Shown here piece by piece: positions 12,306 to 25,300 of a DNA stretch of 60,000 nt; position 1 is the first letter of the stretch, and every line of letters begins with the position of its first letter. The stretch covers positions 21,206,001 through 21,266,000 of the forward strand of contig NC_087245.1 of the NCBI RefSeq assembly GCF_037042905.1. The letters are read 5' to 3'. The position numbers were made by a program, and so were the translations under genes. This stretch comes from Lytechinus pictus. Taxonomy: Eukaryota. Under the pieces are notes generated by a model. The model was given only the letters and a program-made list of their open reading frames with translations. It was not told the origin of the DNA and searched no databases.

Positions 12306-13334
12306 AACGGATATTAATTTTTAGAAATTAAATGAATATTCATTTTCAGAAATTATCGAGGGGCAAGTAATCCTAAAAAAATAGTTACAAAACATTCAAA
12401 ATATTTCTTGAACTTTTTCTAATGGTTTTACGTTTATTGTATAAGGTTAAAGGCCATTTTGCTCTATTAAGTACTTCCCATGCAAGAATATAAAGGGACA
12501 AATGTCAATTTATTTCCCTTACGAGCCGAATAATAGGACTTAACCCTTAATCAACACATTTTGGGGAAATACAACAAATACACGTCATGAACATTATCGT
12601 TTGTAAACTTTTTATTACAATTATGACACAGATGTTGTACCTCAAAGGCCTTTTAATCTAATGCCTATAGACAATTTTATGCAAATACAAAAATAATTAT
12701 ATCTTATTACAGTAAAGAGCACCGAATTTACCATTATATACAATGATAATTGCTTATTTTGTGCAAAGTCAGAATCAGATAAATATGTTTTTCGTCTTGT
12801 TAGAGAAAGTCATATATCGTAGCAATATTACTAGATAATAAGGCAGAATTTGTATGCATTGGAATTTGCATAGAAATATAGAACATCATTCCAATAAAAT
12901 GATTGTAGTGATATACATTAAAAAAAATCGGCACCCTAAATGTGACAATAACAACGCCCTATGAGGCACTCCTTTTTCTTTAGAATAAAACTCTGTTTAT
13001 CAGTAAGACTGCAATGTTGAAAAAGCGTTGATTTTTCAATAAAGGCTTCATTCATGAAATGATAATAATAATACTGACATAAAAAGAAAAAAAGAGGAAG
13101 AAACTGAAGTAAATGATACAAGTTTTATCCTTTTCACAAAATATAAATAAATACTATTGAAAAATAAGTTTAAGAAAAGTGGCAAACGAATTTTGCCAAT
13201 GAATACGTTGATTGACCTTATCAACGAAATGATAGAAAAGTGAAGCGGTCGTTTGATCAATTACAAATTAAGAATAATGTTTTACCTCTTGTATGTAATT
13301 ACAATGAATTATGCAATTTGTTTTCACGTAGGCA

Positions 13335-13535
13335 TACATGCAAAGAAAAAAGTAGCACATTGTTTAAGCTTGTCACTCTAATAACAAGTTGCTTTAACTT
13401 TTTGTAATTGTTTAAACTTTTAAACAACTTGTTTAAAAAGTTTAAACAGTTGTTTAAAGAATTTAAACAATAGTTGTTAGAGTGACGGGCTTAAACAACG
13501 TGCTTAAATTTTTGAACAGCGTTTTTCAGTGTGTA
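13335..13535. mobile_element. Palindromic MITE, CACTA-like end
   Basis: Arms AGCACATTGTTTAAGCTTGTCACTCTAATAAC (13354-13385) / GTTGTTAGAGTGACGGGCTTAAACAACGTGCT (13473-13504); central GTTTAAAC palindromes; right end TTTTTCAGTGTG. Confidence 0.75.
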
Positions 13536-13856
13536 CTTGGTTATCATGGAATCGACTGAACAATATAGCTATGTATTGAACGAGGTGGTGGATTTCAGAT
13601 GTCCCTTTTCAGAAAATGTTGGTAGTTTTTGTCAAACAAGCGCCCCCTCCTTTTTTTAGAGAGATGATGACACTAGTCTAAAATTGCGTAGATTGATTGA
13701 TACAGTCTTCTTCAGTATAATATCGTCATAGCAGTAAATCAAGCCACTTATTTACAAATGTCCAGTAGCGCCATCTTGCGGCAACAAGCATCAATATGCA
13801 GAGTTCCCATCACGGAAATAATTTATTTCCGTGGTTCCTTTTCCGTTGCCCAGTCC

Positions 13857-14369
13857 CCCGGGGGGGGCACTCAACATATAATGCATAGTGGGTATGTGCC
13901 GCGGAGGGGACCCCCATTTTTACACTCAAATTTCCGTTCCGAGGCATAGCATTTTTGTCTTATTGAGAAAAAGAACAAAGAAAGCCGCTCCAGAGCATAG
14001 CATTTTCTTCTTCTCGAGAAAAAAAGAAGAAAAAAATCCGCTCCAGGGCTTCGCATATTTTCCGTTACGCCGTTCCGGTAGCAATTTTGGTGAAAACCGG
14101 CCGCAGCTCGCTGTCCGACCATCGTCTCTGCGCTAGCGCGCACGTTAGTCGTGCCGCCGGGCTAGCCGCATGTACGTTCCATAGGGATGCATACGCACTC
14201 GCACACAGGCGACCCGTTCCAAGGACCCCCGTTTTCACAAACATTTGTAGTTCCGAAGCCCGTTCCGAGGACCCTCCTTTTTACATTTAGCCCGCTCCAA
14301 GGCCCCCGTTTTTTGTCTCGCCCGCGGCACACCCCTACCACTTTTTTTGGTCGAGTGCCCCCCCCCGGG
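13857..14369. mobile_element. GC-rich non-autonomous DNA transposon with 8-bp target duplication
   Basis: TIR CCCGGGGGGGGCACTC / GAGTGCCCCCCCCCGGG; CCCAGTCC at 13849-13856 and 14370-14377; internal repeats of CCG(T/C)TCC(G/A)AGG. Confidence 0.88.
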
Positions 14370-14852
14370 CCCAGTCCGTTCCAACACCGCGTACAATTGT
14401 GATGAAAACAAATGAAAAGAAAATAGAGATTATAATGTATGGTCCCTGTTTCCTATTCGTTGTATAGGCAATAAATCCTTTACAATGAGTGCTATATTTT
14501 GAGCTAAAGATGAAATTAATAATAATAAAAAAATGTGACTATGGCACAACATGATTTTTATTAAGATATTCAAGTTTCCTTAATCAATTCATCATATACA
14601 GAAGAACTCTAACAATAGAGGCTTCACATTATGACAAATTTGCGATATGCCTTGAAATATAATCATAAATTGGCGGGATAGTTCGAATACCGCGAGCGTT
14701 TGAACGCTCGAATTACGGTTCGGTGGATGATCAATAAAAGTCCGCTTTAATCTCCAAACTATCGAAATTAAATTCTTACTTCTGGATCGTCACTGTCTTT
14801 ATCCTAACAAAGTTTATATCACGTGTCCTTGTCTGTTTGTTTATTTTTCTTG

Positions 14853-15332
14853 CTATTTACAAGTGTGGACGTCGATAACCCGAACACACTCTTTGCAGAC
14901 CACTTTGCAACACCAGACGAAGACGCAGTCACACCGTTCTCTCCTAACCACTGTCATCGTATTGTGACCACGGCCGCAGCAGAGCAGTTCGCAACCGTCA
15001 ATGCCGTGAGAGGTCCGGTTACACTCCCTTCCTTGCGTTCCAAATGATCCTACCTCGGGGTCGAAATTGCAGTAGTCGGGAGACTGGTCGTAGTAGATGA
15101 GGTCATTGGACGTAGGTTCCTTAAAGTCGTCGTAGCGAGGCTCCAGCTCTTCGACGAAGGTTCGTCCTTTCCGCTGTCGTTCGACGGACATCTCTGCAGC
15201 CATGTCGTACTTTGTCTTGAGGGCGTCCCCGAGTTTCCTGAAGGGCGCCATCTCCCACCAGCATGTCTTAAGCTCACAGCTCCCAGAGACACCGTGGCAT
15301 TTGCATCGCAATTCCATGTTATGAAGGACAGC
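14853..15332 (-). CDS. Wnt3: Wnt3 last coding exon
   Basis: Acceptor cacatccacag|GCT (phase 0); 480 nt including stop. Contains [10 protein letters not shown] (lipidated Ser motif), [27 protein letters not shown] and the C-terminus [18 protein letters not shown] and DVHTCK are Wnt3-subfamily signatures. Confidence 0.97.
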   Translation of the reverse strand, partial: AVLHNMELRCKCHGVSGSCELKTCWWEMAPFRKLGDALKTKYDMAAEMSVERQRKGRTFVEELEPRYDDFKEPTSNDLIYYDQSPDYCNFDPEVGSFGTQGRECNRTSHGIDGCELLCCGRGHNTMTVVRRERCDCVFVWCCKVVCKECVRVIDVHTCK

Positions 15333-15847
15333 CTGTGGATGTGAAAGGACGAAGATAATTAAGCAATTAAATTGAAAATGAGATAGAAGATGCCCGACAA
15401 ACCTGACATGTTGGGGAATAAAAATAAGATAATCAAATTCGAATTCTAATCTCCATTCATTCCACTTCGGTATTTGAACATCTTAATTATTATATATAGT
15501 ATTCAATTTCCAAAGCATAAAACATACCACTTTAATAATGGTCCTTTTGACGTAAATATTAAAAAGAATATACGAAATTTTTAGAAAGCTTTACGTGATT
15601 TAAATAAGTGAACACATAATCTATCCAAAATGACCCATCATAGAAGAGAAAGCTTAGAACAGCATTTCAACAACGTTGAACATGTTGAACGAGCAAAGCG
15701 GAGAATGAAGGGTCGAAATATGTATACTTTTCTGTTTGTTCTGTTCTCTTTTGCCGAACCTAAGATTAGATTCGGAAATTCGTTAGCTAGGTTTAATTGT
15801 AAAACGATTGGTTCTTGGCAATCATCATAATGACTTTAGCTTCTTAC

Positions 15848-16134
15848 GTTTCGTCCAGCATCTGTATTATGTCGATCCATCTTTGTCCTCGCTCTCTTGG
15901 TTGAGGTTGGTTTCAAGAAATCCTTGGTAAGTTCCATGGAGTACCACACTTCCTCGCTGCAACCGCCCCATCTCCAGGTAGCGTTCGGGACGATACCGTT
16001 TCTACCGCCCGGTGGACCGCGGTGGGTGCGGTCACAACCGCATTCCAAGAAGTCCCCTCGTGAACATGCCCGCGTGACCGAGTGAGTCACGCCGGCGGCA
16101 AGGATGGCGTTGACGAAGGCTGTCTCCCTAGATG
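15848..16134 (-). CDS. Wnt3: Wnt3 coding exon (penultimate)
   Basis: Acceptor catgttgcag|CA completes the G|CA Ala codon; donor AAC|gtaaga (phase 0); 287 nt. Translates ASRETAFVNAILAAGVTHSVTRACSRGDFLECGCD...WRWGGCSEEV...ARTKMDRHNTDAGRN. Confidence 0.96.
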
Positions 16135-16610
16135 CTGCAACATGAAAGCAAAGAAAATTTAAATATATGATTGGTCTCACACATATTTCTCGTCTAATCG
16201 AGGAATTACTGCCAAGCATCAACAGAAAGATATGTGTTAAAGCAATGGATTCATTAGAATACATGATTTTAGAGATTATAAGCAGGCAAGGAACCCATGA
16301 ATCGCAAACTGTTTTTTTTTTGGGGGGGGTCTTGTTTTTTGTTATCTAGGCACTCTTTGAGCGATTATAGGTCTATTTAATCTATGAGCATCATGCGATG
16401 GTATTTTTCTACTGCTTCTTTCGACCATAACCATATTCACAAAACCTAGGACCTAACACTTGAATGCATTCCAAATAAGCTGTGGAATCTATATCTGCTT
16501 GCGTCTCTGGTGCCTACAGACGTTCCCATTTTTTATTAATTCAAATGTGTTCTATTTAGTTTACTCAGAGCAAATCCCTTGAATAAAAGATATATATTCT
16601 CGTCACCTAC

Positions 16611-16849
16611 CCCTGTCCAAAACGCGGCCAAATACAGACTGGTCGCCGTCAATCGTCGTACAGTTCCACCTTCTCCCTCTGAACTGGTGCTGGCACTCTT
16701 GAATACCATGATGGGCGCCCTCTGCGACCGTGGGCATCTTATTTTGGTTTTTGAGGCAAAATCGCACCTGTTTGCCCGAGATGTTGGGAATGCCCTTGCA
16801 AGGGATCTCCACCGGCTCAGGTGCTGTTCCATAAGCAGCCCCGAGGAAC
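16611..16849 (-). CDS. Wnt3: Wnt3 coding exon (first identifiable exon, probably exon 2)
   Basis: Acceptor ttattccag|G (phase 2), donor AGG G|gtaggt (phase 1). Translates FLGAAYGTAPEPVEIPCKGIPNISGKQVRFC...GIQECQHQFRGRRWNCTT...VFGRVLDR; ECQHQFRGRRWNCTT matches Wnt3/3a. Confidence 0.95.
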
Positions 16850-17218
16850 CTGGAATAATTGGATAAGATAATAAAAAAGAGACATGATTATTAATTACAC
16901 ACATTAATTTATTATATCATTTATTTTCATTTTTACAGATTCATGCAGGTCATCAGTTCAGAGGTGCGTGGTACTCGGATTTGGTTCGAACGATAAGTTT
17001 TGCCGAATCTTCCAAACCTGAATTTTTAATGGCAATTTTGATGGGAAGTGTATCCATTAATAGCACAGGTTATTCATTAAAAACGTGTGTTAAACGACAA
17101 CATGAACATGGGTGGATATAATATTTTTTTAAAACATATTGGCCTAGACTACCAAATTCGCAGGCCTACCCCAAAATGGGTTTCCTTTTGCAAAACGTAA
17201 CCTAGATTAGTACATATT

Positions 17219-18720
17219 CAGTGGCGTAACAGGCGGGGGGGCAGGGGGGGCAAGTTGCCCCCCCTGGCGGATTTCACCGGGAAAATAAAAGAAAAACGGG
17301 AAAAAGAAAAAAAAAGAGGGAGAAAGAAAGGGAAAGGGAAAGGGGAGGAGGAAAAGGAAAGGGAAAAGTGAAAAGAAAACGAAGAAAAAACTTTTTTTAA
17401 ATGGAAAACGAAGGAAAGCGGGAAAATGTACGAAAGAAGAACATCTGAGAAAGAGCAAATCATTCCGAAATAGGCCTATGTAATGCAATAGCACGTACAG
17501 TGGGAAATAAATCAAAAGATGACAAAATGGCAAACAATTGCGGGAAACGAAGGTAGAATGTAATTAGTCAAAAGCTATATGGACTGCATACAACATTGTG
17601 CTTTAAGCTTGCTAAATGCGGGGCTAAATTTTATGCAAATAAGCTACCGGGGCTTTGCCCCAGACCCCACGCAGGAGGGGCTCTTCATTTATAACCTTCA
17701 AATGGCTCTATAACGCCCCCGTTCAATCACTGGCAGACAGGCGGGGGGGGGGGGGGTCTTGGTTCCACACCCAAGAGGAAATAAAATAAATTATAGGAGA
17801 CAACGTATAATGAAATGAATGGAAACAATAAAAGGTGTTATTTGCTGAATATAATGGAAAAATCTATCACATAATTAGAATTTAATTTCAATAGGCTTTT
17901 TTTTCCAGCTCGCTTTGCACGCTGACGACTTTTTACAAATTTTTCCCACATTGCAATGTTTTGCTCCCTCAAAATATTTGGTTCATTACGCAACTGGGTT
18001 GAATAAATGTGTTGTGTAAAATTAAGCTATATTAGTATTTGCCCGCGATTTGATTAAAATAGCGGCAATCTGCGAGGTTTAAATGGCTTTGATATCAAGA
18101 AGTTCCGGGGGCTCCGCCCCGGACCCCAACCGCACAGCACAGCGTATGGAAGGGTTGGGCCATGGCTTCAAAAAGTTCTACAAACAAGAAAAACAAAAAA
18201 AAGGAGGAAAGAAAAGCAAAGGAAAAGTGTAGGATATGATTTTATTTACTGAATAAAAAATAGCTCAAAGTTAGATTCTCAGGAAAAGGTGATTTTTTCT
18301 CGCTGGCTTCGCTCACTCGGGACTCATATAAAGCAGCTTTTTAGCACATGTGCTATACTGCGCCCTTCGTTTTTTTTTTTATACTCTTCACGCTACTGCC
18401 GCAAAGAATCCTGTTCACAGTGGCGTACATACCACAAAAAAAAAGGAATCTAAAGAGAGAAGAGTGAAATATATTATTCTCTGGATATCATGTCAAAATC
18501 TATCACAAAATTGGATTTTTGTATTAGAAAGGTCAAAATTTTTGCTCGCTCGCTTCGCTCGCTCGCAACTTTTTTTAAAGATAAATTCTGCCTGATACGC
18601 AATATCTGGCTTTCTCAAAATAGTCGCCTCATTACACCATTACACCTTTTCATACCATGATATGACCGGGAAATTTTTGGCTCTTGCCCCCCCTGGCCAC
18701 CGACCCCTGTTACGCCGCTG
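17219..18720. mobile_element. Non-autonomous hAT transposon, 370 bp upstream of the Wnt3 exon at 16849
   Basis: TIR CAGTGGCGTAACAGG / CCTGTTACGCCGCTG; perfect 8-bp TSD TACATATT at 17211-17218 and 18721-18728; internal GCTCGCTTCGCTCGC and GGGGCT..GCCCC.GACCCC motifs. Confidence 0.92.
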
Positions 18721-21499
18721 TACATATTTCGTATGTCAGTCACACCAACGAAACTGACTACAGACCGATTGATTATAATGCATCATTTTAAGTGGCATAC
18801 CATTGTTTGGTTTGAAGTCAGTTTGATTGGTGTAACTATGATGTTATCTTGTTGAATGTATCGAATGTTTGCTCTACAGAATCAGCCGAATCTCTTCAAA
18901 AAAGACAAACTAATCATTGAGTTGGAAAATCAAATTATTGTTCATTTTGTGGTTACAAGGGATGCTTTGAATTAAGCTTTTGTAGTATACCCATCCTATT
19001 CATGACGGACTTGTTTTAATAACAGTATGTCAATCATTCTATTCTTTAGATAGTACCGGTTTCTTGATTTTCGCATATTCTCACTCATCCGAAACCTTGT
19101 AGAAAATTACATGCCAGCCTTAAAGAACAGTCTTCAGACCTTTAATGAGAAATTGCGATACAGCCTTGAAGGAAATCAATTCAAAGACCATCCGGTTCAA
19201 GGTCTAAAAACAAAACTGACAAACGTTGTCACACTTTCGTTTAAAAATCGAAAGGCTAATTTTATTGGCTGATTGCTTTATTGCTCCAGCAAACACAGGG
19301 TGCGGGTTACATTTTGGCTTTAACGAGGACTTTTGAGGGTGACGAGATACCACAACAAAAAATAGCGCCATCGGATATCGATGGCTAGGAAAAGACACTC
19401 CTATTGCTGGCATTGTAGTACATCGATCGAGAATTAGTGGTTGGTTCATTCGAAAAAAAAATGTAATCAATAACCGACACGCATGTGCTACTGCGACAGG
19501 GTATAGGTTCAACGCCCTTCCCCCTTGGGAGAGGAATGGGGTGATGAATACTGTGAGGGGGGTTTATTCAATTCCGCCCCAGAAGTCCATTACGTTTCGA
19601 CGTCTGACAGTAATTAAGCACCTATGATAATAGTCACGGTAAAGTGGTACACTGCAATTAACCAATTAAAGCATTTGGATAACTCAAATCAGAAGAAATG
19701 ACTCTATATATCACGATGTACTTATCATGATTACGTACGACTTTGATGAGAACTCTCTTGTCAAAAGGGGGCGGGGAGGGTTGACGAAAGACAGTTATTT
19801 GGTGCCTCTTGTCATGGTCTTAAATCTGGTGAATATTTGATTATCTAGTTAGATCAGTTGAAACCGGGGGGAGGGGAGGGATGAATATAAAGGAAATTTC
19901 AGACCTACGGGCAGAATCTGACATTTCGGTATTAGGTTTTTTTTTTCGGAAGTCAGTTATGCAAACTGTACTGATAAGTCGGATATTAAAGTTACTAGAG
20001 ACTTTATGACACTGATTATATCATCATAATTCACCTAAACCTCCAACAACTCGAATCATCGACCCTTCGTGAAAGACACCCGAACTGACCGGAAATGCGT
20101 CTATCCTCCAAATAATACTCTTTTCTAGAGCGTAAAACCGCTCACTCGTCGCTCTTTGATCATAATGATAGGTCATCCTTTTAAGAATCTCAACCATGAC
20201 GATAAAGAATAGGTGGAAAAAGAGACTGAAATTTTCATTATCTTTTCTTATTCTCCTGATAAATTGATATAGATCCAAAGACGAACGCTGAGTCGAAAAC
20301 AAAATGGATTAAATTCGATCTTCTTGTTATTTTCATGTCGTTTATATCGATTTCGGTTTCTCCTCCTAATTTTGTTTATCCGTTTATGTTTGTATGTTCT
20401 GGTGAAGTATCGGGGTTTGGGTTCTAAACCAGTAGTTTTCTATCAGTGGTTAAGTAATCCTCATTAGTTCGTGTAATCTTTGAAAGTTAGAGTAATTCTA
20501 CACTCAAAAAATTATAGCAAACTGGATTAAGTTTGGATCAATACGCTAATAGCTTCCGTACAAAATACCGATAATTAGGATATGAAGATAAAGACCTTAG
20601 TCAATGAAAATTATGATTTTTCTGTTTTGTGAGTTATTGTCGCTTTGAGGACTCTTTGAAAAGTATTGAAATATGGTTAATTATGTCATTCATCACGAAG
20701 GCTATTAAATGATTATTTAATTTCTGGCAAGATATTTGTACTCAAGCGACAAGGACATATTCAAATAGTTTCCTTATCGTTCTATTCAGTCGAACATGTC
20801 AAATAGGCTGACTTATGCAACAAAGCATGTGTACCCATTATCTTCAGACGTTTCAAGTTCCTTGGTTTTCCTGTTTAAGATTCCATTCTATAATATGTTC
20901 ATGACCTAGTCGTCTGGTGTAAATTAGCAATAGTCATATTTCATGTTTGAATTTTGACACCGAATCGGGACAAGCTTCAGGTTGCTAAGCAATTGAGCTC
21001 ATGATCTAGTTTAGGATATATTTTGTTGGGTATCATAGAAATATGGAGTTTCCATGAAATGTTGGAATGACAAGACGTGTACATTACGGAAGCACAGTCA
21101 GGATGCGAACCTCCAATCCAGCAATGTTAATCGATCAGATATTTGTCCAAGGATCCAACTTTTTTTAACAGTCAAGACCAAACTAGGTTGGGATTTGGAT
21201 TGGCAGTGGAAACAAATTACCAAGGAAAGGGTATTTGAATTGGGGAAAAAAGAAAAGGGGGTCAAAATGATTAATAAAAAGACAGTCAGGTTAATAATAC
21301 ATTAATGCATATGAATACATCTCGACGAAAATTCCATGATAAAACAGTTAATTAATTGATATTTGAATTCATTTCTGGGTAAATCAAGTGGGGCTTCCCC
21401 TCATCGCTCCCCAGTCATAAACTCAAGAAAGGATATCAGAAGCTTCATCGAAGTAACATTAATCTTGTAAGTACCCGGTGTTAAGTGTATTGGTACAAT

Positions 21500-21780
21500 C
21501 TCATTTTCATTCATTTATTTATTCATTTTTCCAACAAATTTTACAATGCAATAATAACAATATATAAAACATAACATCAGACAATATAAATGACATAAAT
21601 ATTCAAATAAACCAAATATAAAAAATATACACTTGATACAGAAGATAATATTTCCAATTTGATAATAATATGCAAGATATGTTGGAAAAATGGAGTGGCC
21701 CACTAAAAAGCAAAGCTTGTAAAGGGTGGACCACTCAAAAAGAAAAAAAAGTATAACGTATAACACCTAAATCTATTTGT
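21500..21780 (-). mobile_element. LINE 3'-end fragment
   Basis: 11-bp stem-loop at 21693-21736 containing ACAAGCTTTGCTT, T-rich UTR, AATAAA and (ATGA)-type tail at ~21500-21525. Confidence 0.75.
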
Positions 21781-21784
21781 TTAA

Positions 21785-22347
21785 AGGGGAATGGAAACTT
21801 TGGAACAAGTGGGTTTGTGTGGAAACAGAAAAATAAAAAAATAAGATAAAAGATAGTTTGAGAAAAATCGGACAAATAATAAGAAAAAAATGAGTATATG
21901 AATATTGAGATCACTAATGCTATGGAGATCCTCCAATCGGCAATGCGACAAAGATGTGTGATGTCACATGTGAACAACTTTCCAGTTTGATGGACTATAA
22001 AATACAAACTCTTCATCCATAATGCATTCTTTGAATATATGTATTATACGCCCTCCTAGAGAATGAATACATGATCTACTGATAGATGTGATAAAGGGGG
22101 CAGTTTAAGTGAAATATATACAAAAGTAATGGAAAAGTTGATCACATGTGACATCACCACTGATCTGAAGACATCACGCATCTTTGTCGCATTGCCAGTA
22201 GGAGGATCTACATTACAATAATGATCTAAACTTCAAATGCTCATAACGCATTATTTATTCAAATTTTCTCAAACTTTCGTTGACCTTTTTCTTTGATATT
22301 TCCGTTTTTTCGTACAAGCTATCTTGTTCCAAAGGTTTCAGTTTCCT
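21785..22347. mobile_element. Kolobok-like non-autonomous transposon
   Basis: TTAA at 21781-21784 and 22348-22351; imperfect TIR AGGGGAATGGAAACTTTGGAACAAG / CTTGTTCCAAAGGTTTCAGTTTCCT; internal inverted GGCAATGCGACAAAGATG / CATCTTTGTCGCATTGCC. Confidence 0.8.
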
Positions 22348-25300
22348 TTAACATGATTAGGGTGTTAATTAACGTCATCAGACTATGGATATTTATTAGA
22401 TGCAAAGCCACAACGCACTCCAGTTACCATAACACTATTGGGTTGGGTTTTAGAGCGCTTTGGGCCTTTAGGGGGTACAAGACTGTCCCCTATATCCATG
22501 ATATCACTGCACCAACAGTGGCCTTCACTGATATATCAATTGAACACCAGCTCTCTTGAAATTACGAGGCGTTGGTTTTGCGGGAGGTAATTAATTTCAT
22601 TTATGATTTTGTTGACCAAAATTGGAGGCGCCAGTGGTATCATCAATTTCATTCCCTGACCCGGATTTGAACTTGAGAAGAATCCAGATAGAGGTTAAGT
22701 GGTTTGAACTCTCCTAAAAACATTCTAATGCTCTCGAATAAAAATGGAATTATTTACCTAATCACTGACAATGCCATATTCAAGGCCGCGGTTGGCATTG
22801 TCATTGAGTACAAGATCTTTAACAGGATGATACAATAATTCCGCAATAAATCCATTATGAATATACCCCACGCGAGTCCATTCGATTCTTTAAATACCCC
22901 CATTCATATACAAGATCAACGTCGAGCTAGTACGTATTTTAAACCCATGCATGCAAAAATGAATAAGCTGATCCCAAACACTCGGATTGATTTCACTTGG
23001 AACGCAAAAATCTGAAAATTCAACCAATTCGTTGTTGAATGGAGTCAACATGACAACAACTTATATATGAATAAGACAATTGTTTTGATCCATAGACAAG
23101 AGGCCTTTACAGAGAATGTCCCCGTATTCTATTTTTTATTTTATGAAATCAACATGAATATTTTTCTTATGATACGTATACGAGTAGCATCGAACGTGTT
23201 TGTCCGGAATATAAAATGAAGAACTCTGATCAGTCCCTGATGTACACAAATACAAGTAGTAAGCACACTTTACTATGGATTATCCGATAAGCGTATCAAT
23301 TTTTAATCCTTTAATGATATCATCATGGATTAAGCAGCGCCCTCATAACGTCAATTGCCTTTCGTTTCCTGAAATTAAGGAATGATACATGAAACTCCAA
23401 TTTACTCATCCTTGAATCTTCAATAATCAGGCAATAAAACTTAATTACACAGCAACAATATTCTAGGTAAATCTGCAATGGGTCGAAATCGTAATGAACC
23501 TACAACTTTATTAATTATGGCAAATACCATGGTGACAGTGCTCACCTCCCAGTGAAATTCAAAGTTTCATGGAATTGACCAAAAACGGCAATTATACGAA
23601 GTTGTAAGTCTTAATGAAGAGAGATCCAGAAACAGTTTGGGAATAACAAATGGGGGGGGGGGGGGGGGCAAGCTTTCAAGACAGATGTTGCTGTTTGTGA
23701 TGGTGTTCAATTCTTATTAAAAAAAAAAAATCACTACAGACGCTATAAATCTACGAAAATATTGTATCCAGTTCAAGACCATTTACCAATCTGGAAATCT
23801 ATCGTTTGAGCATGTTTTGCTTTTTTCTGAAGTTTTAGTTTGTTGAAAGTAAACAGCTCGATGTAGCCAGAATCAACATTTAGGATGACAATAAGTGTCA
23901 AACCGATGGCAAAATTCGTCACATAAACCTCTGATCAAAATGACCGTGACCTAGACAAGCTAGACATCGTTAGTATGCAATTAGGTGTCAAAAACTGTGA
24001 TTTAATAAATTTCAGACATAAATCATATTTTCGCCCCAGCCCCAGCCGTGAAATCCCGCTCAAAATAATATCTCTGATAATTTAGGCTTTTAAATCTTTT
24101 TTTCATCCCAGACAAATGCATTACCATCTGAGAAGCAGTAACTGAATAAGTATTGTCTGTCTGTACTTTTTCGCTTCTATTATACAGATATATCATTACC
24201 GGATAACGGAGTACGATCTACTTAAACAATTTATTAAGCCAGAGGACGTTACACAAACAAATGGAAATCTTAAAAGCACACATTAACAATAATATCCCCT
24301 TTTGCCCCTTTTGTTTAGGTTGGTCTTGAATAGAGAGGTACAATAAATTGAAATGAATGGGGGAAACAAATAAAGTTTATTTTGTGATTTTTCATTTCAA
24401 TTTATTCGTTTCGATACGGAACTATTTAATCATATTCCCTTCCATTTCATACGTGACTTTATCTGAAATTCCCGAGAAGCAATTTTTATAGAACATTTAA
24501 AAAGTATACCAAATGGCGTCGAGAAATGGCACCGAACGTCTTTGGTGCTGTCGTAACATTTTAATCACCGGCTTTCGTTTACATTTTCTAATTCAACTAG
24601 CATATTACGATGGTTATATGTCGTGACAATGATTTATAAGGGCAATTTTGATAAACGGCATCATAAACTTGACCAATTGTCTGACCGTTTGATAGAGTCT
24701 CGAGATGGAGAATGCTTTTTTGGTAGGGACAAAATATTCTGATGATAATCTGGTGAAGTGGCGTTTTATTGAGACACGAAGGAGAGAAGGAGGATGGAGT
24801 TGACTTTAAAAAGTGGAGAGATTGCGAAGGAGGACAAAAATGGAAAGACGATGATAAAAAGATAACAGAATAGAGATAAATGAGAAAGAGAGGAAATAAG
24901 GGGGGGGGGGGGGTGTAGTTATAATAACAGCAGAATTGAACTAAAATAATACGTTTATACAACATTATTCCAGCTTTGTCATGTTTGATGTCGATTCGGT
25001 TCTCCCAATTGACTGATTGACAATAATTTATATGTATGTAAAATATTATTTCTTTTCCAGAATAATGCAACAGAAAACTAGATAAAAATATCGTTCTAGA
25101 TTCAAGAATCAATTTACTTATTCTTCGTAACATCTAATCATCAGCAGAGAACTGTAATCACAATGGTTATTTCATGAAAAATTATTATTCATCAATACTA
25201 TTTATTTGAATTATTGTGTAAAATACACAACATACCCCACATTCATCATATTTGTTTTACAATCGTGTATGTTTCAGGACCGGTATCCTAGCAACCATGT

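Larger units (their letters stand above)
11850..14852 (-). other. Putative Wnt3 3'UTR (up to ~3 kb)
   Basis: AT-rich sequence after the stop codon. Minus-strand AATAAA at ~14557-14562 (proximal) and tandem AATAAA at ~11867-11881 followed by a GT-rich tract (distal). Extent is inferred. Confidence 0.4.

Noticed and set aside
14823..16904. Plus-strand and alternative-frame ORFs over the Wnt3 exons
   Set aside because: Shadow ORFs of GC-rich coding sequence.
24597..25133. 178-aa minus-strand ORF
   Set aside because: Low complexity, spans a poly-G/purine tract, no motifs; likely chance.
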